From assembly GCA_964476565.1 (NCBI GenBank), contig CAYZBG010000001.1:64405-128404 (forward strand): 64,000 nucleotides of DNA, read 5' to 3'. Made by a program: the position numbers and the translations under genes. Source of the DNA: an uncultured Opitutus sp. (lineage in GTDB: Bacteria > Verrucomicrobiota > Verrucomicrobiia > Opitutales > Opitutaceae). Shown here one piece after another: positions 58,709 to 64,000 of this stretch (position 1 is the stretch's first letter; each line of letters opens with the position of its first letter). The notes beneath the pieces are model-generated. The model saw only the letters and a program-made list of their open reading frames with translations, was not told the origin of the DNA and searched no databases.

Positions 58709-59764
58709 CTAAGTGACGTTAACGGAGCGATCGGTGGCGGCGGATTGGTAGATGGCGTTGACCAAGGCGACGGCGTGGCGCGCCTCCCGCCCTTCGATGG
58801 CCGGCTTTCGGCCCGATTGCAGGGCGTCGATCAGGTCCTGGATCTGACGCAAATGACCCTCGTGGGAGATGGCATGAGCCGCCCCGGCACCGGACCGGAG
58901 GGCCGTGTCCGACGGCGCGGTGCGGATCGAGGCGTCCTCAGGGCGTTCTTCACGGAAATCCCAGCGGGTAATCTGGTCGTCTTCGAGACACACCGATCCC
59001 TGATCGCCGCACAGTTCGATGCGCCTGGACCATCCGGGCCACGCTGCGGTGGTGGCCTCAAAGGCACCGAGGGCGCCACAGGGATAACGCAGGACGGCGC
59101 TGGCGGTGTCCTCGGCCTCGATGCCGAGATGGACCCGGCGGGTAGTCTGCGCATAGACCTCGGCGGGCAGACCGGCGAACCATTGGAGCAGGTCGAGGCC
59201 GTGGATGGACTGGTTGATCACGGCGCCGCCCCCATCGAGCGCCAAGGTACCCTTCCACCCCGTGTAGTAGGAGGCGGGCCGATGCCACTTCACATAGGCA
59301 GAGGCGAGCACGAGACGGCCGAGGCGGCCGGCTTCGATCGCGGCTTTGACGGTGCGTGCACCTCGGCCGAAACGGCTTTGGAAGATCGGAGTGATATGGA
59401 CGCCCGCTTGGGCGGCCGCGGCGATGATCTCATCTGCCCGCGCGGTGGTGATCTCGATCGGCTTTTCGATCACGAGATGTTTGCCGGCGCGGATCGCGGC
59501 CAAGGCGGGCTCAAGGTGCGCACCGCTCGGGGTGGTGACGCAAACCACGTGGAGATCCGGCCGGGCCAACAGCGAGGCGAGATCACCCGTGGCAAAGTCT
59601 GCGCCATGGCGGGCCGCGAGTTCCCGGGCGCTGGTCTCGTTTCGACTGGCAACACCGACCAGCCGCGCTCCCCGGGCGTGGGTGATCGCTTGGGCGTGGA
59701 AATCGGCGATCATGCCGGAGCCGATGATGCCAAATCCGAGGACGGGTGGGAGCGAGGTGGCCAT
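58709..59764 (-). CDS. Gfo/Idh/MocA family oxidoreductase
   Basis: The N-terminal Rossmann fold reads GFGIIGSGMIADFHAQA. Confidence 0.85.
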   Translation of the reverse strand: MATSLPPVLGFGIIGSGMIADFHAQAITHARGARLVGVASRNETSARELAARHGADFATGDLASLLARPDLHVVCVTTPSGAHLEPALAAIRAGKHLVIEKPIEITTARADEIIAAAAQAGVHITPIFQSRFGRGARTVKAAIEAGRLGRLVLASAYVKWHRPASYYTGWKGTLALDGGGAVINQSIHGLDLLQWFAGLPAEVYAQTTRRVHLGIEAEDTASAVLRYPCGALGAFEATTAAWPGWSRRIELCGDQGSVCLEDDQITRWDFREERPEDASIRTAPSDTALRSGAGAAHAISHEGHLRQIQDLIDALQSGRKPAIEGREARHAVALVNAIYQSAATDRSVNVT

Positions 59765-59941
59765 GAAGCAGACGTGGGGCAGGGAAGAAGACGTCGCGCG
59801 CCCGCCATCGGCAACGACGAACCTGGTGAACGTTTACGTGCCTCCGTCTGCCGCTGCGGTTGCCACGCGTTTGGCTGCCTTATCCCACCGACTCAGTCTG
59901 GACCCGAGGATACGCAGCGGGTCCTCAAACGGACGGGAAAA

Positions 59942-60016
59942 TGGTACGGTCGCTGGGAATCGAACCCAGATCACCGGCTTCGGAGACCAGTGCACTATCC
60001 ATTGTGCTACGACCGC
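59942..60016 (-). tRNA. tRNA-Arg (anticodon CCG)
   Basis: A 75-nt cloverleaf on the minus strand: GCGGTCG...GCAC/GTGC D-arm, anticodon loop CTCCGAA, T-arm CTGGG-TTCGATT-CCCAG, a G1-U72 wobble and an encoded CCA. Confidence 0.88.
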
Positions 60017-60088
60017 AGAGAACGCCGCAAAATTCAGGACGGGCCGTACCGCTGTCGAGAGGAAAACCGCGGCGAGCGTAAGGCCGCC

Positions 60089-61012
60089 TCAGGCCGTTGG
60101 CTGCCGATCGGCCGGCGGGGCGACCCGACTGAGGACGAGAACGACGGCCGCTCCCGCGAGCACCAGGGCGCAGGCGACCAGGATCTGTCCTTGGTCCGCG
60201 GGCAGTACGTTGACCTGCATCAGAGGCACGATCTCTCCCTTGCTGTTGATCCGCGTGGAGACGGTTTCCTTCCACGGCCACACGGTGCGCAGCGCGCCGG
60301 CCATGATGCCGGTCAGTGCGACGAGGGTGGTGCGGCGGTAGTGATGCAGGAGCCAGCTGACGACCCGGACAAAGGAAAGGACACCGGTGCCGATGCCGGC
60401 GATGAAAATGGCGAGCGTGGCGAGGTCGCGATGGTTCACCGCCTCGAGGATCTGGTGATACTTGCCGAGGATGACCAGGAGGTAGGAGCCGGAGATACCC
60501 GGCAAGATCATCGCGCAGATGGCGATGGCTCCAGAGATGAACACAAATACGGGCGTGGGGGGCGTCTGGGTGACCGGCAGGCCGACCAGCCAATAGGTGC
60601 CGAGTGCGGCGGCCACGAACGCGATCCATTCGACCGGGCGCCATCGCCAGGTGCTATGGGCCAGCAGGACGATCGAGCCGAGCACCAGTCCGAAGAAAAA
60701 CGACCACAGTTGAACCGGGTGACTCGTGAAGAGCGCCGTCAGCACTTTCGACAACGAGAAGATGGCGAGGAGCAACCCCGAGCCCAGGCACCCGAAAAAG
60801 ACGAGGGGCAACTTGCGGTTGAGGCCCTTCCAATCGAGACGAAACACCATCCGGAGCGCCTGAAGGTCGAAGGCCTTGATGCCATCGATAAACCGGTCGT
60901 AGATGCCGCAAACGAAGGCGATGGTGCCCCCGGAGACGCCGGGAATCAGGTCGGCCGTGCCCATCAGGAAACCGACGAACATGAGGCGAAGGTGGTGAAT
61001 CAGTGTACGCAT
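60089..61012 (-). CDS. DUF368 family membrane protein (family recently linked to undecaprenyl-phosphate translocation)
   Basis: The GTADLIPGVSGGT motif occurs twice in variant form, and the protein has ~8 TM segments. Confidence 0.8.
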   Translation of the reverse strand: MRTLIHHLRLMFVGFLMGTADLIPGVSGGTIAFVCGIYDRFIDGIKAFDLQALRMVFRLDWKGLNRKLPLVFFGCLGSGLLLAIFSLSKVLTALFTSHPVQLWSFFFGLVLGSIVLLAHSTWRWRPVEWIAFVAAALGTYWLVGLPVTQTPPTPVFVFISGAIAICAMILPGISGSYLLVILGKYHQILEAVNHRDLATLAIFIAGIGTGVLSFVRVVSWLLHHYRRTTLVALTGIMAGALRTVWPWKETVSTRINSKGEIVPLMQVNVLPADQGQILVACALVLAGAAVVLVLSRVAPPADRQPTA

Positions 61013-61066
61013 ACAGGCAGGGCAGAGGTGCGGGGGAATCCCGGGCGGAGAGACGCAAATCGACAC

Positions 61067-61100
61067 AAAAAAGGCAGGTCGACCGGGGTCGATCCTGCCT
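61067..61100 (-). terminator. rho-independent terminator after the cutA-small ORF pair
   Basis: The minus strand reads AGGCAGGATCGACC-CCGG-TCGACCTGCCT followed by TTTTTTG. Confidence 0.6.
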
Positions 61101-61125
61101 CAAATCGGGGGCGGAGCGCGGTGGC

Positions 61126-61281
61126 TCAGACGTCGGGCTTGGTCTTGCGCAGACCCTGGACCCGGTCGCCTTCCTTCCACTGGCCGCGCTTCTTCAGCAC
61201 CGCGACGCGTTCGAAGCGCTTGAGGACGTTACGTTTGATGACGATGCCTTTGGCACCTTGGAGGCTGTTATGCTGGGACAT
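61126..61281 (-). CDS. small basic hypothetical protein (51 aa)
   Basis: The ATG at 61281 lies downstream of cutA and a terminator follows. No family recognised. Confidence 0.35.
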   Translation of the reverse strand: MSQHNSLQGAKGIVIKRNVLKRFERVAVLKKRGQWKEGDRVQGLRKTKPDV

Positions 61282-61307
61282 GGCGGAAAATCGAGGTTGG
61301 TGACGAG

Positions 61308-61628
61308 TTAAAGGGGTGGAGGCGTAGAGTTCGCCTGTGCCCATGACAAGTATTTTTCTGCCACGTGATCGGCCCGGATCACGAGCCATTCCGGATTCTG
61401 GTAGGGATGCCGGCTTAGGAGCCAGGTTTCGAGTTCCAGGTGCCGGTGGGAGAGAAACTTGACGGTCAGGCGGAACTCGGCGGCGCGTTCGACCTGGTTT
61501 TGCCACCGGTAGATTGACTGGATGGGGCCGTCTATCTGCACACAAACGGCAAGACGGGCTTCCACCAGCCCTTTCGCCAGCGATTCAGCCTGCTCCCTCG
61601 TCTCCACGGTGGTCCAGCCGATCAACAT
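61308..61628 (-). CDS. cutA: divalent-cation tolerance protein CutA
   Basis: MLIGWTTVETREQAESLAKGLVEARLAVCVQI...SIYRWQ...HPYQNPEWLV. Confidence 0.85.
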   Translation of the reverse strand: MLIGWTTVETREQAESLAKGLVEARLAVCVQIDGPIQSIYRWQNQVERAAEFRLTVKFLSHRHLELETWLLSRHPYQNPEWLVIRADHVAEKYLSWAQANSTPPPL

Positions 61629-61744
61629 GGTACGGAGTGAAAACGGGAGCCCGGGCGGGTGCAAGTCGCGACAAGATTGCCCTTGACGGGGGAGGGCGTC
61701 CCCCATGCCCTAGCCGATTCACGACGACGACCTCCCTTCGAGCC

Positions 61745-61945
61745 ATGCGAGACGACTACATCAAAGACGCGCTGAAGATCATTCCCGATCCCAACATCCT
61801 CATCAACGTGGTATCGCGCCGCGTCAAGCAGCTGAAGCGCGGCAGCCGGCCCTTGGTCGAGTCGCTGGAGAAACTGTCCCCGGAGGATGTCGCCCTGCGC
61901 GAGATCATCGACGGCAAGATCAGCTTCGAACTCGCCCACAACTAA
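61745..61945 (+). CDS. rpoZ: DNA-directed RNA polymerase subunit omega
   Basis: NILINVVSRRVKQLKRGSRPLVE. Confidence 0.85.
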   Translation: MRDDYIKDALKIIPDPNILINVVSRRVKQLKRGSRPLVESLEKLSPEDVALREIIDGKISFELAHN

Positions 61946-62015
61946 GGCGCCACGGCTCGGTCCGTAATTTCTGTCACGGGCGGCTCCGCGGTGCGGTGCC
62001 GCTCTTTTTGTTACC

Positions 62016-62495
62016 ATGTGTGCAGCCAAATCCAAGGCGGCCGGTGAGCGCTTCACCGAGATCCGGAACGCGAAGGCGTTGCGTGACTACACCGTGGACG
62101 AACGCTTCGAAGCCGGCATTGCGCTGCGCGGCACGGAGGTGAAGTCGATCCGCGCCGGCAAGGCGCAGATCAACGACGCGTTCGCCCGGGTGCACAAGGG
62201 CGAGGTCTGGCTGATGAACGCCCACATCGACGAGTACGCCTTCGGTACCATTCACAACCACGAGTTGCGCAGGAACCGCAAGCTGCTGCTCAAGCGCGCG
62301 CAGATCCGCAAGATCGCCGAAGCCCTGGACGCCGGCGGCCGGGTGCTCGTCCCGCTGCGGATGTACTTCAAGGACGCCCTGGTGAAGGTTGAGCTGGCCC
62401 TCGGCACCGGCAAAAAACTTTACGACAAGCGCGAGGACCTCAAGAAGAAGGCCGTCATGCGCGAAGTCGACCGAGTCATCAAATCCCGTCGTTAA
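62016..62495 (+). CDS. smpB: SsrA-binding protein
   Basis: RDYTVDERFEAGIALRGTEVKSIR...RNRKLLL. Confidence 0.93.
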   Translation: MCAAKSKAAGERFTEIRNAKALRDYTVDERFEAGIALRGTEVKSIRAGKAQINDAFARVHKGEVWLMNAHIDEYAFGTIHNHELRRNRKLLLKRAQIRKIAEALDAGGRVLVPLRMYFKDALVKVELALGTGKKLYDKREDLKKKAVMREVDRVIKSRR

Positions 62496-63400
62496 TGTCC
62501 CCGGCCTCCTCGATCACGGTCCGGGTGCCCGGCAGCACGTCCAACTGCGGCGCGGGTTTCGATACGCTCGGTCTTGCGCTCACAATCTACAACCGCGTGA
62601 CGCTGGTGCGCGTGGCCGGCGAGACGCCCGTGGCGGCGACCGCGCCGGACCGCCGGGCGCAGGCGATGGTGGCGGCGGCCGCCGGCCGGTTCTTCGAGGC
62701 GGCGCGGCGTCCGGCCTTCGGCTTTTCGTATCAGATTTCTGGAGACGTACCGCCGGCGCGCGGGCTCGGATCGAGCGTCACGGTGCTGGCGGGGGTGGTC
62801 GCCGGGCTCAATGCTTTGACCGGAGCGGGACTCCCGCCCCACACCCTCACGGCGCTCGTCACCGACCTCGAGGGACATCCGGACAATGCTTCGGCTGGCA
62901 TCCTCGGCGGATTCTGCGTATCACGGTGCGATCCCGCCACCGGCGCCTACCTCGACACGCTGCGGTTCGCCGTGCCGCGCGAGGTGGCGTTCGTCGTGGC
63001 GTCGCCGTCGGTGGAGATTGCGACGAAGGAGTCGCGCGGCGCCCTGCCGGCCGTGCTGCCTTACCAGGATGCCGTGCGCAGCATCAACAGCGCCACCTAT
63101 CTGACGGCGGCCTTTGCCTCGGGGCGGTTCGAGAAACTGCGCGACGCGGTGGCGGACTTCATGCACGAGCCGTACCGGCTGCCGCGCGTTCCCGGAGGTC
63201 GGGATGCCATTGCCGCCGGGGTTGCCGCCGGGGCGTGGACCGGCTGGCTCAGCGGTTCGGGTTCCAGCGTGCTCTGTGTTGCGGATGAACGCGTCGCGCC
63301 GGCGGTGGCCTCGGCCATGCAGGCGGCGTTTGCCCGGGCCTCGCTCGCGGCCGAGGCCCGCATCCTGCACGCGGACAACGACGGCCTGCGTCTAGAGTGA
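62495..63400 (+). CDS. thrB: homoserine kinase
   Basis: VPGSTSNCGAGFDTLGLAL and the GHMP motif PPARGLGSSVTV are present. The start overlaps the smpB stop (TAATG). Confidence 0.88.
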   Translation: MSPASSITVRVPGSTSNCGAGFDTLGLALTIYNRVTLVRVAGETPVAATAPDRRAQAMVAAAAGRFFEAARRPAFGFSYQISGDVPPARGLGSSVTVLAGVVAGLNALTGAGLPPHTLTALVTDLEGHPDNASAGILGGFCVSRCDPATGAYLDTLRFAVPREVAFVVASPSVEIATKESRGALPAVLPYQDAVRSINSATYLTAAFASGRFEKLRDAVADFMHEPYRLPRVPGGRDAIAAGVAAGAWTGWLSGSGSSVLCVADERVAPAVASAMQAAFARASLAAEARILHADNDGLRLE

Positions 63401-63805
63401 TGCGGCGGCGGGTTGCCGGAGCCCGGGTTCCGGCCAGTGCCGGACAATCTCCTCGGCGAGCAGCCTCCAGCTGAAGGGCTTGGCCAGAATCGCCTTGAGC
63501 ATGGGCAGGTCCGCGTAGCCGGTTTCCGCCAGTTCCATCATGTGGCCGGTGATCATGACGACCGGCACGTCCGGCGCGACGCCATGCAGGCGTCGGATGA
63601 ATTCCAGCCCGTTGATGCCAGGCATGTAGTAGTCCGTAACCACGAGGCCTGCATTCAGGCCGGGTACCGCCGCGAGCGCGTCGAGCGGCCGCGTGTACGC
63701 CTTGATCGGGCAGCGCAGCGAACTGGTGAGTAATTGCGCGAGGAGATCCGCGTAGGATTTTTCGTCGTCGACGATGACCAGGGCCTTGTCGGAGGTGAAA
63801 CTCAC
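63392..63805 (-). CDS. single-domain response regulator (CheY-like receiver)
   Basis: From GTG 63805: [15 protein letters not shown]...[19 protein letters not shown]...AKPF. The longer track ORF would overlap trmL. Confidence 0.7.
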   Translation of the reverse strand: MSFTSDKALVIVDDEKSYADLLAQLLTSSLRCPIKAYTRPLDALAAVPGLNAGLVVTDYYMPGINGLEFIRRLHGVAPDVPVVMITGHMMELAETGYADLPMLKAILAKPFSWRLLAEEIVRHWPEPGLRQPAAASL

Positions 63806-63883
63806 GGGCGGTGTCTGGAGGGGCGGGCGCGATCGAATGAGGTTTGGCTCGCGGCGGAAGCGGTGCGGGCTTTGAAGGTTTAT

Positions 63884-64000
63884 GTGCTGCACCTCGTCCT
63901 TTTTCAACCCGAGATCCCGCAAAACACCGGGAATATCGGCCGGATGTGCGCCCTGACGCGCAGTCGGCTCCATCTGATCCATCCCCTCGGGTTCGAGATC
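63884..64000 (+). CDS. trmL: tRNA (cytidine/uridine-2'-O)-methyltransferase TrmL (SpoU family), 3'-truncated by the window end
   Basis: From GTG 63884 the translation [38 protein letters not shown] matches the conserved TrmL N-terminus. This ORF is not in the track. Confidence 0.75.
   Translation, partial: MLHLVLFQPEIPQNTGNIGRMCALTRSRLHLIHPLGFEI

Noticed and set aside
61126-61281. Assigning the 51-aa basic protein to a ribosomal protein family (S21/L28-like).
   Set aside because: The sequence does not match the conserved motifs of any small ribosomal protein I can recall, so I left it as hypothetical.
58577-61303. 908-aa plus-strand ORF spanning several genes.
   Set aside because: It runs antisense through the Gfo/Idh/MocA oxidoreductase, a tRNA gene and the DUF368 gene. 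Its composition is heavily Arg/Gly/Asp-biased, so it is not credible as a protein.
63806-63982. The N-terminal 59 aa of track ORF 63392..63982.
   Set aside because: This stretch overlaps, on the opposite strand, the highly conserved TrmL N-terminus (63884 onward). The receiver domain only begins after the in-frame GTG at 63805.

Overview
This is a GC-rich bacterial chromosome segment (GC judged by eye, not computed). The protein families point to Verrucomicrobiota, probably Opitutales-like: a PVC-type heme-binding dehydrogenase, a pilus/secretin cluster resembling Akkermansia Amuc_1098-1102, and DUF368. That taxon call is an inference. Most of the window is core metabolism and translation: prfB, the pdhABC complex, argA, dtd, hisG, aguAB, rpsA, rpoD, trpE, glmS, glgC, ychF, rpsP-trmD-rplS, tkt, rpoZ, smpB, thrB and two tRNA-Arg genes. 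The one clear accessory region is a ~9.7 kb integrative element (5631-15408) inserted in tRNA-Arg(TCT). It is bounded by a perfect 42-nt direct repeat. It carries a tyrosine integrase, Xis-like HTH proteins, a replication-organizer-like gene with internal iterons, a Nu1-like small-terminase-like gene and a siphovirus-type tail module (chaperone G/GT with a canonical -1 slippery site, plus a tape measure protein). I could find no capsid, portal or large terminase gene, so it is either a satellite-like island or a prophage remnant. Other points worth a second look are the classical prfB +1 frameshift, two intergenic loci built from inverted arrays of tandem heptamers, a pilM/N-pilO-like-secretin cluster and an ABC-2 permease with a fused C-terminal domain. 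Many long antisense ORFs in the track are high-GC shadow ORFs and were rejected. No rRNA or CRISPR array was seen.
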